From the NCBI GenBank assembly GCA_024683495.1, contig JAIKYF010000071.1:1-58756 (forward strand): a DNA stretch of 58,756 nt. The letters are read 5' to 3'. How positions within the stretch are numbered: position 1 is the stretch's first letter; each line of letters opens with the position of its first letter. Under the pieces are notes generated by a model. That model ran no database searches and was not told the DNA's origin. It was given only the letters and a program-made list of their open reading frames with translations. The translations under genes and the position numbers were made by a program. Below are positions 17,179-26,195 of the stretch, one piece after another. Source of the stretch: Bacilli bacterium. GTDB taxonomy: Bacteria; Bacillota_I; Bacilli_A; RFN20; CAG-826.

Positions 17179-20124
17179 ATGCCCTCTGACGGAAACTTTC
17201 TTGCCTCCACTCCCGAACTAATACGATTCTATCTATGTTTAATCATCGGACTGATCGTTTATTTCGGCGTGCTCGTCGGGGTTATCTACCAAAGAATCAA
17301 AAGGAAAACCTCCCTTTCTCCCTTTATCATCATTTCTTTGTTCTTTATCGGACATCTAATCATTTTGATCCCGGTTTATACCTTCCTTTATGACCATCAG
17401 CAACTGATGGGCAATTCTTTAATCCAGAATGGAATCCAGACCGGGACCATCCCTTATAATAACGTTCCTTCGTATTGGCCAGCCTTCAAGATTATCTCCG
17501 GCGCCTTCACGTCCTTCGTCTTCCAGATCGATTTCGATGCGATGGAATATCTTTCCGAATGCGGGGATTGGATCATCCGTAACTACTTCATCTTCATCGC
17601 CATCACGGCCGTCGCCGACACTATCGCCACTTCCTACGCCTTGATTAGACTCTTCTTAAGAGCCTTGAAGGCAAATGGAAAAACCATGTTTAGGTGGTTG
17701 GTGAGAGAAGACATTTATTACATCTTCACCGATTTGGAATTCGACGAGATCAAAAGCTTCATCATCGAACTTGAATCCGGAAAGTCCCGTCCAGGAAGAA
17801 AACCCCCTTCAGTCCGCGTCATCTTGTCTAGATCATCTCAATATACCGACCCCGGACGTGAGCTCCATGACCAATTAGTCAACGCAAGAATCGCCGTCTT
17901 CGCCGAAGACCTTTCAAAGCCTCTTCTTATAAAATTCATGCGCAAACACCGCATATTTTATAAAAAGAACGAGAAAGTGAACTTCTATTCTCTCTACTAT
18001 AAAGATGAGAAAAACTACGAGTTCGCCAGAATCGCCTGCGAGATTTTCGAAGATTGCGCGAAGAAGAAAGATACTGAGCATTACAACAAAAGATTCAACA
18101 CCTACATCAAATACAACCACTTCTACATCTCTTATCAAAACGCCGAATTATTCTTAGAGAACAATAATGACTTCGCCAAAAAGTCCCGCGGGGCCATCAG
18201 CTTGTTTAACGAATATACTTCCAACGCCGAAGATTTCGTTTTCAATATGCCTTTGACCGAATTCATCCTCAAAAGAAAGGGTGAAGATAAAGATGTCAAA
18301 GTCAAATTCACCGCCTTCTCCACATGCAATCCTCGTTTGAAGGATGGCTTAGGGTTTGGATTCTTAGGAGGGGATGTCACTAATCAAAACATCTATTCGC
18401 TTATTCCTTCCGTCGATATCAACTTCTTCGGATTCGGGCGAATCAACCAGACCTTGCTCACCAAGATGAGCTATACATATCAGATTCCCGGTTGCAACAA
18501 AGAGACTATGGGGAATATCGATCCAAACGATCCTAATTCCTATAAACTCAACTTCTTCGTTTATTCCAATGATGACAATTCCGAATTCGTCGATGCCCAT
18601 TTTAGAGGGGTATCCAAGGAAAACGATGCGGAATTGACGAGGAATTTTGGATATTTCACCGATATATTCAATTTCGAAAACGAAATTAGGCTGCAGAATT
18701 CCTTAGAGAGAATCGTCGATCGGGCCTCCTACCATAACATCAATAAAGATGGGGAAGACATCGATGTCGAAAAACAACCCTCTAGAGAAGTCATCATCAT
18801 CGCGACGGGCGATCCTCATAACAATTTCGCCCTCGCCGTCAAGACTCAGCACATCATCCGCCAAATCATCGCGAAAAGAAAAGCCTTGGGCGAAAGATTC
18901 AAATCCATCCCCATCTTCGTCCATATCAACCGCGAGAAGATCTATAACTCCAGCTTCATCGGCGATGATATCTTCGAGATGAGGCAGATTAGCCCAGTCA
19001 TCAATAGGGATAATAACTTCCCAGGCGAAAACGGAACCTCAAGCGAAAGAGAGATTTATCTATCTACCGCCGTTCCAATCGTTATCTTCGGCCGCGATAA
19101 GCGTTTCCGTTCCGATGATAGCGCCTCTTCGCTTAAGCCATTCGCCGTCAGGAGCAAATATGTCTATGACTATGATTATGATTTGGTGTTGAGCAAAGAT
19201 GGCTATAGCTTCAGTTTGAAGAGAAACTCCAAGCCAACGATCGATGCCAAGGCCGAGAACAAATTCGACATCGATGATGTCCGTAACTGCGAATCCAACT
19301 ATGCGACCGCGGCTCATTTGCCAACGAAGTTAGGCTTAATGGGTCTATGCCCCGCTTTCGTCGCCGAGAAGGAAAACGCCGCTCAAAGACATGAAGCCAT
19401 CAAAGATAAGCTCGGTGCCCTCAATAACGTCTTCGATCTCAATGAAGTGGATTCAGGAGCTTTGACCGCCTCGATGAAGGAACTACAAAAATTGGTCGCT
19501 GAATATCTTGAGCACCGGAAATCCATCAAGGCTGATTCGAAGACCACAAATATCACTTTAGCCCAAAAACAAAAATATAAGAAAATCGTCAAATATTTAC
19601 AAAATAATACGGTTTTGCTCGAGAAATATTATGAAGTCTTCACTCTCGGCTTCGTGAACAGAATAAAGCCGGGACTAAGAATCCTCGCCGAGACCGAACA
19701 CAATCGCTGGCTTTATTATTGCTTGTCTAGAGGAGATGTCCCGATGAGCAGAGAGCACTTCTTCTCCAAGAACATCGAATATTATTCCACCAAAGGCACT
19801 AGAAGGGGCAATTTCTCCAAAGATGCCGGAGGAACCGTTCACTTCAACCTCATCGATTTCTCGAATAGAAAGCAAGCCATCCTCGACCAGGCTGTAGTGA
19901 GTCTATTAACCATCGCTGACGATAGTCCGAAAACCATTTATGAAGATATGAAGAAAATCTTCGAATCCTACTACTTCAACGATGCTAAACTCTATATCTT
20001 CTCGGATTTCTTCTTAGAAGGGACCGAATACGATTTAGTCGAAGAGGATAACTTCTTCGAAGTCTGCGAAGAGGATGTCGATTATAGCGGTTCGACAATC
20101 TCCACCGCCACGAAAAATCAATAA
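17179..20124 (+). CDS. Large polytopic membrane protein with cytoplasmic TrkA-N/Rossmann-like and C-terminal RyR-like regions
   Basis: 981 aa with an AAGGAGG RBS. About four N-terminal TM helices lie in the first ~170 aa. INFFGFGRINQTLL (aa ~414) and VIIIATGDPHNNFALAVKT (aa ~538) resemble KTN/TrkA-N segments. LAETEHNRWLYYCLSRGD...VHFNLIDFSNRKQAILD (aa ~835-900) resembles a RyR domain. Confidence 0.6.
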   Translation: MPSDGNFLASTPELIRFYLCLIIGLIVYFGVLVGVIYQRIKRKTSLSPFIIISLFFIGHLIILIPVYTFLYDHQQLMGNSLIQNGIQTGTIPYNNVPSYWPAFKIISGAFTSFVFQIDFDAMEYLSECGDWIIRNYFIFIAITAVADTIATSYALIRLFLRALKANGKTMFRWLVREDIYYIFTDLEFDEIKSFIIELESGKSRPGRKPPSVRVILSRSSQYTDPGRELHDQLVNARIAVFAEDLSKPLLIKFMRKHRIFYKKNEKVNFYSLYYKDEKNYEFARIACEIFEDCAKKKDTEHYNKRFNTYIKYNHFYISYQNAELFLENNNDFAKKSRGAISLFNEYTSNAEDFVFNMPLTEFILKRKGEDKDVKVKFTAFSTCNPRLKDGLGFGFLGGDVTNQNIYSLIPSVDINFFGFGRINQTLLTKMSYTYQIPGCNKETMGNIDPNDPNSYKLNFFVYSNDDNSEFVDAHFRGVSKENDAELTRNFGYFTDIFNFENEIRLQNSLERIVDRASYHNINKDGEDIDVEKQPSREVIIIATGDPHNNFALAVKTQHIIRQIIAKRKALGERFKSIPIFVHINREKIYNSSFIGDDIFEMRQISPVINRDNNFPGENGTSSEREIYLSTAVPIVIFGRDKRFRSDDSASSLKPFAVRSKYVYDYDYDLVLSKDGYSFSLKRNSKPTIDAKAENKFDIDDVRNCESNYATAAHLPTKLGLMGLCPAFVAEKENAAQRHEAIKDKLGALNNVFDLNEVDSGALTASMKELQKLVAEYLEHRKSIKADSKTTNITLAQKQKYKKIVKYLQNNTVLLEKYYEVFTLGFVNRIKPGLRILAETEHNRWLYYCLSRGDVPMSREHFFSKNIEYYSTKGTRRGNFSKDAGGTVHFNLIDFSNRKQAILDQAVVSLLTIADDSPKTIYEDMKKIFESYYFNDAKLYIFSDFFLEGTEYDLVEEDNFFEVCEEDVDYSGSTISTATKNQ

Positions 20125-20126
20125 TG

Positions 20127-20162
20127 AAAAACGAGTTCAGATGACGTTCTGAACTCGTTTTA
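20127..20162. terminator. Bidirectional terminator closing the candidate operon
   Basis: ACGAGTTCAGA / TCTGAACTCGT stem flanked by A and T runs, between convergent genes. It overlaps the stop codon of the phosphatase gene. Confidence 0.75.
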
Positions 20163-20978
20163 TTCTAAATATTTGCCTTTTATCTTGGCGATTTCCTCAT
20201 CGGTGAGGTTGATTTTATTTTTTAGATAATTGAGGAAGCTTCCATATTTATCGTCTAGATGGTCAAGCGCTCTATCGAGAACTTTCAAATCGACGCAGCA
20301 CACTCTTCTGAAGCCATCGCTATGGGCAAGTTCATAATCGTACTTTTCAGCCCTTTCTAACATGAGTTCATAATAATCCTGGGCAAAATAGTTGGTGAGG
20401 AGGAAATCATCCTCAATGAGCTCTTTAGAGGCTCCTAAAACCGAAAGAATGGCCGCGGAGGTTAATCCTGTCCGATCTTTACCAGCCGAGCAATGGAATA
20501 AAACGGCTCCTTCGGCCTTAAGAAGGATATCGAAGGTCTTTCTCAGGGAAATATGGAAATCGTCGTCTTCTAGTAATTTGATATATAAATCCTCAGTGAA
20601 GGTTGGGGAAATGGAAAGATAGAATTCCTCGAGACTCCGATTATCGGGATGGGGAAGACCGACGGCGATGGCGTCTGCCCCACTTCTATTGGCATTCTCA
20701 ACGCGGAAGGCGGGGTTGAAGATAATGGTCGCGCCTGGGACTTCTAAGTCTGGAGTAGCCGCGACCTCCAAGGAGTTGCGCAAATCCAAAATATACTGCA
20801 AATGATAGGTATGTTTAAGAATTTGGCGATCTTCTTCGTCAATGTTATGAAGATGTCCGGTCCGCAATAAAAGATTCTTTTTGATAAAGCGAGAATCCGT
20901 CATTTGATAACCGCCTAGTTGGCGGGCATTCCGGATATTCTTAGTATCGATTATGAAATCTATTGGGTTAAGGTTCAT
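20160..20978 (-). CDS. Protein-tyrosine phosphatase family protein (Y_phosphatase3-like)
   Basis: CX5R active-site loop HCSAGKDRTG. The protein is 272 aa. Confidence 0.8.
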   Translation of the reverse strand: MNLNPIDFIIDTKNIRNARQLGGYQMTDSRFIKKNLLLRTGHLHNIDEEDRQILKHTYHLQYILDLRNSLEVAATPDLEVPGATIIFNPAFRVENANRSGADAIAVGLPHPDNRSLEEFYLSISPTFTEDLYIKLLEDDDFHISLRKTFDILLKAEGAVLFHCSAGKDRTGLTSAAILSVLGASKELIEDDFLLTNYFAQDYYELMLERAEKYDYELAHSDGFRRVCCVDLKVLDRALDHLDDKYGSFLNYLKNKINLTDEEIAKIKGKYLE

Positions 20979-21514
20979 TAGAAACGAATGTTGGTTTTCT
21001 TAGCAGGTTTGCCTTCGATGATCGTATAAGCATAGAAGGAAGTGAAGACTTCGCTATTCTCTTTGACATAGCATCCTTCGGCGAGATTGACGCCTAAATG
21101 GATGATTGAGGAATGTCCGACGAAGACATCATTCCCAAGAACGATGGGTTTGCTAGTAAGCTTCATCGCATTATTTTTGATATCTCTTTTGGTGGGATTA
21201 TTTTCATGGTCGACAATCATGACATTGGGGCCGATGACACAGTCATCACCGATGGTGATACCCCCATTTTCTGAGACATATATGACGGCGTTTTCTTGAA
21301 CGATCGAATTTTCACCGATGGTGATTTGGCCCTTGCCAAAGATTCTCACTCCAGGAGCGATGTAGGATCCTTTGCCTAAATTAACTTTGACTAAGGAAGA
21401 AATTGAGGCCTCCTTATCGATGCCCCTCTTATTCCCAAAAACCGCGTTACGATCAGTAGGCTCAGTTTCGGCAACTTCTTCTTTTTTGAAAAATTTCTTA
21501 AATGATTCGAACAT
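20978..21514 (-). CDS. Left-handed beta-helix (hexapeptide-repeat) acyl/acetyltransferase
   Basis: Repeated [LIV]-G-x-x-x-x hexapeptides (IGENSIV, IGDDCVIGPNVMI, LGNDVFVGHSSII). Confidence 0.75.
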   Translation of the reverse strand: MFESFKKFFKKEEVAETEPTDRNAVFGNKRGIDKEASISSLVKVNLGKGSYIAPGVRIFGKGQITIGENSIVQENAVIYVSENGGITIGDDCVIGPNVMIVDHENNPTKRDIKNNAMKLTSKPIVLGNDVFVGHSSIIHLGVNLAEGCYVKENSEVFTSFYAYTIIEGKPAKKTNIRF

Positions 21515-21666
21515 AACTGCCCCCTAGAATTAGACTAACAAATAATAATTTGTTTTCACTCCAAATCATAGTGAATAATCATAACTATTCAACAAAAACG
21601 CCTTCATGGTGGCGATTATCGAAGATTTTCACCACCTTCTTTTTTCTCTAGGATATAATATTTCAC

Positions 21667-22428
21667 ATGAAGAAATCTGAAAGCGGAACAAAAGTGCGCC
21701 CCTTCGAAACCGAAGAAGGAATTGATGAAGCCGTCGCTACATCGATTTTGAATCTGGTCAAAAGAAAGCCAAATGCTTTAATATCCCTGACCCCCGGTCA
21801 TTCTTTGGATGGAGTTCTAGATAAGCTCGTCGACCTTGCCAAAGCCAAAAATGTGTCTTTCAAGAAAGTCAAAATCTACTTCGCTGAAGACTTCCTCGAT
21901 GTGCTTGAGGGAACCGCGACCATCAAAAGCCACTACTACGAGAAGTGGTTAAAGCAATTAAAGATTCCTGAAACCAATGTCCATTCTCCGACTTTGGCCA
22001 ATTATCGCTCCTATGACCAGCTCATTTCCGATGATGGAAAGATTGACCTTTGCTTGCTCACAATCGGAAACCGTGGCCGAATTGCCGGGAATAATTACCC
22101 TTCCAATAGGCATAGCAAAACCCATATCGCCAAAATTCCAAGAGAAAGATGGCTCAGCTATCTATCTTATTTCGGAGGGAATCCCGACATCGCACCAACC
22201 TATGAAATGACAATGGGCGAAGAGACCATCTTCAAAGCCAGGAAGATCTATATCATCGCCAAAAACTTGAAACATCTGGAGGGTTTGAGATCGTTAGCCT
22301 ATGGCTTAATCGGACAAAGGATGCCAATCGGCAACCTAAAATACCATAAAGATGTCTCGGTATATCTGACAACTAAACTAAACTCCTATCTGGAGTGGCG
22401 AGACAACTACTACGACCCTGAACTCTAA
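21667..22428 (+). CDS. NagB/6-phosphogluconolactonase-fold protein with degenerate catalytic motifs
   Basis: The scaffold resembles glucosamine-6-P deaminase. However, YFAEDF replaces FNLDEY and LLTIGNRGRIAGNNYP replaces LLGIGxDGHIAFNEP. Confidence 0.5.
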   Translation: MKKSESGTKVRPFETEEGIDEAVATSILNLVKRKPNALISLTPGHSLDGVLDKLVDLAKAKNVSFKKVKIYFAEDFLDVLEGTATIKSHYYEKWLKQLKIPETNVHSPTLANYRSYDQLISDDGKIDLCLLTIGNRGRIAGNNYPSNRHSKTHIAKIPRERWLSYLSYFGGNPDIAPTYEMTMGEETIFKARKIYIIAKNLKHLEGLRSLAYGLIGQRMPIGNLKYHKDVSVYLTTKLNSYLEWRDNYYDPEL

Positions 22429-23984
22429 GCAGGGTCTTTTCTTTGCTTTCCTCTTCCTAGGAAATAGGCTCCAAGGAATAAAGCGTTGATAAATACAAAA
22501 GTTCCTCCGGTGATAATCATCTGGAGCCATTCGGCTAAAGATGAGATATCAACGGAATGATGATAGATGAAATAAACCGCGAGATAGGCGATAAGAGACA
22601 TCGAAGCGAAGATGAGCAAATTCCGATAATAAAGATGAATCTTTAAGCCAATCTTCTTCTGATAATAGATAGAAGAGATGATGATATACCCCACTAGAAC
22701 TAATCCGCCTATAGAAATAAGCGGTCCCATCATTTTCCATCCATCAGGAAGCAAATAGATGAATAAGGGGGTTAATCCCGCCGAAAGAACCGCTAAAGCG
22801 AAGAGGACAACCGCCATGAATTTATGTTGGTTTTTGGCTCTTTGAATCTCGATTCCTAATTGTTGGCTAAGAGGGATGACCCACATCGTTAGGAAGATGG
22901 CGGAGAGGAGATAAATCTTATTTAAGCCGTCGGCAGTGATATCAGATTTCCCTAGCCAAACGCGGATAAAATGCTCACCACAGGCAGCGAATCCACCAGC
23001 TATAATCGAGAGGACGATAATCTGGATTCTACTGACTTTAAGGAAGAGGGAATTAATCTCTTCGTCTTGTTTTTCGATGGCCAATGAATTGACTCTAGGC
23101 GCAAAAGCGGAGGTTATGGCGTTGGAAATCTGAGCCTCATAAGTATAGAACTGGAGACCATAAGAGAAGATTGTGACGGCCGCCATACCGACCATATGTC
23201 CAAGGGTGACCTTGCCGAGGTTATTGATGACCATCGAGACGATGACCAATAAGAAGATATAGATGCTGAAGATAGCAACTTCCTTAAGCATCTTCTTATA
23301 AGCCCCTTTCTCTTTGAAGAGAGGGGCAAGGCCCATCTTTAGCTTGGATTTAGCATAGACTAGGCTCAATAAATCGAAGAAGATCATCACCGCCCCGTTG
23401 ATTATGGCGACGATTATGACATTCGCCCCAATGGCTAAGAAGATGAAGGATAAGCCAATCGAGATGACATGGACCAAAAGATAGAGAAGCTCTTCAAGGA
23501 TGAACTTCCTCCTAAAATACATGAACCAGGTGTATAAGGATAAGGCGAAATCTAAGCCCACCGAGAGAGAAAATACCAAGATCAAATAGAAGAGGGTTTC
23601 TAGATTAGCAGTTGTCGCATTCTCATAGGTGAAAATCCCATATTTATATAAAAATCCCAGGCAAATCCCAACTAAAATTACTAATGTCCCGATAATCGCA
23701 AAAGTAAATTGATAGAAGGAATTAACTTTCTTCAACCCTTCCTCTCCTTCTTCTTTTTCGTATTTAGTCGCGAATTTAATGTAGGAATTCTCCATCCCGA
23801 AAGAAAGCAAAAGCAACAAAGACACTAAAGATGAGGCGAAGAAATAAAGGCCATTATCGATGGATCCGACTTTCGAAAGCAAAAACGGCGGATAGAAAAT
23901 ACCCAAGACCACATAGACAATCAATCTAATATAGGTCAGGGAGATTCCGCCTTTAATGTTTCTTTTTTCTTTCTGCTCGAGCAT
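22425..23984 (-). CDS. Polysaccharide flippase (Wzx/MOP superfamily)-like membrane protein
   Basis: About 14 predicted TM helices. Start chosen at MLEQKEKRNIK with an AGGAAAT RBS. It sits next to a Wzy-like gene. Confidence 0.6.
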   Translation of the reverse strand: MLEQKEKRNIKGGISLTYIRLIVYVVLGIFYPPFLLSKVGSIDNGLYFFASSLVSLLLLLSFGMENSYIKFATKYEKEEGEEGLKKVNSFYQFTFAIIGTLVILVGICLGFLYKYGIFTYENATTANLETLFYLILVFSLSVGLDFALSLYTWFMYFRRKFILEELLYLLVHVISIGLSFIFLAIGANVIIVAIINGAVMIFFDLLSLVYAKSKLKMGLAPLFKEKGAYKKMLKEVAIFSIYIFLLVIVSMVINNLGKVTLGHMVGMAAVTIFSYGLQFYTYEAQISNAITSAFAPRVNSLAIEKQDEEINSLFLKVSRIQIIVLSIIAGGFAACGEHFIRVWLGKSDITADGLNKIYLLSAIFLTMWVIPLSQQLGIEIQRAKNQHKFMAVVLFALAVLSAGLTPLFIYLLPDGWKMMGPLISIGGLVLVGYIIISSIYYQKKIGLKIHLYYRNLLIFASMSLIAYLAVYFIYHHSVDISSLAEWLQMIITGGTFVFINALFLGAYFLGRGKQRKDPA

Positions 23985-26106
23985 ATTTCCTAAAAGCCCG
24001 TGAATGGGCATTCCGCAGCAAATTCTCAAAACTCCGATATGACTTCAGACGATAATCATAAATCGACCATGCCTTATGGATTTCTATTTCCATTATATCA
24101 CGGTCAAATTCCTCGTCTGATCCATATAGAGGCTTCATTTTCCACACATAGAGGACATAAATCGCAATGGTCTCGGCCAAGACCAAAGATAAATAAGAAA
24201 GCTGCCCTCCAAAGTTTGGCAAGAAACGGAAACCAATAATCGCCCCCACTCCAAGGATGAAGGCCACATAAGGTTTAATCATCAAGCGGATATAGGCCCA
24301 GGGCTTTATCGTCTTAAATAAGATTATCGAGGCGAAGACAATCGCGATAACTAGATAGCCAATACAAACTAAAGCCATAACGAATGGCTTAGAGAAATAC
24401 GGCACCAAAACTAAGGCCATCGCCCCTAAAACTCCGGATATCGTTAAGGGAGCCGCTAATGGAGAATGTTTCTTAAATCCCGCCCTAATCCCAGCGATGA
24501 TGAAGGGAATGGCCAAATAAGCCACACCTAATGGCAAGAGGAAATGCTTAATAGAGATGAAGGTATATGGATTAATGCTATTGATATAGAAAGAAACGAA
24601 CACTAAACCGATAAATAATGGGGTAATGAAACGATAAGCCCTTCCGAATATCGAAACGGTCCCATCGATCTCCGTATCAGGGGAGATGACGTATCTCTTT
24701 TCGATTTCTTTGATGTCTTCTCTCTTGGAGAGATAGATATCGTTCATCAAAGGAATCGGTAAGAGAAGCAAACATAAGGCGGACTGGAAGGTGAAACCAA
24801 TAAAGGAATAGGTTTCGAAAACTCCTGCCACGTTGATAAGGACCCACATCAATAGATAGTAGAACCATTGACGATTCTTTAAGCGAATGGCCTTGATAAT
24901 CAGATAGAAGAAATAGCCAAGCATCACCACATAAAGAATCGCCCCAGCAATGCCATACTGACCTAATATTGAGAAGTAAGTCGAATCCATCGGGGCGTGA
25001 GGTTCAATTCCAGGACTCATCTTTAATAAGATATACATGACTTTATCGATGCTGCCATGGCCAAAGCCGAGGAAGGCTATCGTGCCGTCGGTGGTTAAAC
25101 CATTCCAAACATTAGTCCAGATCTTGACTCTCGACATGAAGCTACTCCTAATGGAATTGATGACTTTCTCATAGACATTTTGAATAACTGAGCCAAGCCT
25201 CGGGATGTAATCTTTAAAGAAGCCAAATAAGATAGCGAATGCCAAACCCACGATCATAATGACCGCGAAGATGATCGTGATGGTGTTTCTTACCGGGTGA
25301 GCTTTATAGGTCGCGACAATGCGGTAGACGAAGAAGCAAATGCCAAAAATAACCGTCACAAGCATCGCGGTTTTAGAGACGATAAACATTTCAAATAAAG
25401 CGAAAATCAACATCAAAACCCATCTAAATAGCCTAGGACGGTAATTGATGAGATATCCTTCGGCCGCAATGCCGAAGAAAACGAACATTCCAAAGATATT
25501 TCGATTGGTCGTAAAGCTCTGGGGACTTACATAATTGCCGCGAGGGCCAAGGTTTTCAAAGAAGGAAACATATTGCCTAAACTCAGTAACCGCCGAGAAA
25601 ACAATCATGACGATTACCCAAATGACAATCAGCTTCATGATGAGGGCAAAGAGTTTTTCTCCCCGGAATAAGGCCGGGGCTAAGCCGAATGTCAGATAGA
25701 TACTCATCCCCACTCCTAAAGTCGAGCAGATATATCGCAACAAATCCCCTTCCTCGATCGTGTAAACGATGACCCCATCTATTTTTAGTCCAGGGAAGAA
25801 AATCAGAGCGCTTAGTCCAACTAGAGTGAAAATCAGGGTGAAGAAAAAGACGATGAGATTGATTTTGGCATCCATATATCGGTAGCCCAAATAAGTGGTC
25901 GCGCCAAAAAGCAAGGCTGAAACGCCGAAAGAAATGAAGAACTCAGTATTCGTTAGAGCCGTTCTTGAACCGGCATCAAAATAAGCGTGATTTTCAAGGA
26001 AAAAACACAAGACGACTGAGGTCAATATTACAAGAATCGTCATTAAAAAATGACGAGGTCTAATTTTTAGGGCACTTGCTTCGTCCATGTGTATTAGTTT
26101 ATTCAT
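23953..26106 (-). CDS. O-antigen polymerase/ligase (Wzy_C)-family membrane protein with an extended C-terminal TM region
   Basis: 717 aa and highly polytopic. The segment HAPMDSTYFSILGQYGIAGAILYVVMLGYF matches the O-antigen ligase family signature region. Confidence 0.55.
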   Translation of the reverse strand: MNKLIHMDEASALKIRPRHFLMTILVILTSVVLCFFLENHAYFDAGSRTALTNTEFFISFGVSALLFGATTYLGYRYMDAKINLIVFFFTLIFTLVGLSALIFFPGLKIDGVIVYTIEEGDLLRYICSTLGVGMSIYLTFGLAPALFRGEKLFALIMKLIVIWVIVMIVFSAVTEFRQYVSFFENLGPRGNYVSPQSFTTNRNIFGMFVFFGIAAEGYLINYRPRLFRWVLMLIFALFEMFIVSKTAMLVTVIFGICFFVYRIVATYKAHPVRNTITIIFAVIMIVGLAFAILFGFFKDYIPRLGSVIQNVYEKVINSIRSSFMSRVKIWTNVWNGLTTDGTIAFLGFGHGSIDKVMYILLKMSPGIEPHAPMDSTYFSILGQYGIAGAILYVVMLGYFFYLIIKAIRLKNRQWFYYLLMWVLINVAGVFETYSFIGFTFQSALCLLLLPIPLMNDIYLSKREDIKEIEKRYVISPDTEIDGTVSIFGRAYRFITPLFIGLVFVSFYINSINPYTFISIKHFLLPLGVAYLAIPFIIAGIRAGFKKHSPLAAPLTISGVLGAMALVLVPYFSKPFVMALVCIGYLVIAIVFASIILFKTIKPWAYIRLMIKPYVAFILGVGAIIGFRFLPNFGGQLSYLSLVLAETIAIYVLYVWKMKPLYGSDEEFDRDIMEIEIHKAWSIYDYRLKSYRSFENLLRNAHSRAFRKYARAERKKKH

Positions 26107-26133
26107 TTTTGCCCAAAGGGCAACGAAACAATG

Positions 26134-26165
26134 AAAAAAATTATGGCATCAAACCATAATTTTTT
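26134..26165. terminator. Bidirectional hairpin between two minus-strand membrane-protein genes
   Basis: AAAAAAATTATGG catcaaa CCATAATTTTTT. Confidence 0.6.
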
Positions 26166-26195
26166 CATTTTTCCGTGCAAATCCCGCTTAAATTA
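26160..26195 (+). repeat. Copy of the ~36-nt intergenic element TTTTTTCATTTT(T)CCGTGCAAATC(C/T)CGCTTAAA
   Basis: Near-identical to the reverse complement of 49765-49801. The core 13-mer is also at 12850-12862. Confidence 0.6.

Noticed and set aside
26109-26123. Hairpin TTGCCC aaa GGGCAA just upstream of the Wzy-like start as a regulatory element
   Set aside because: It is a short 6-bp stem with no supporting repeat or conservation that I can evaluate. I noted it but it is too weak to call.
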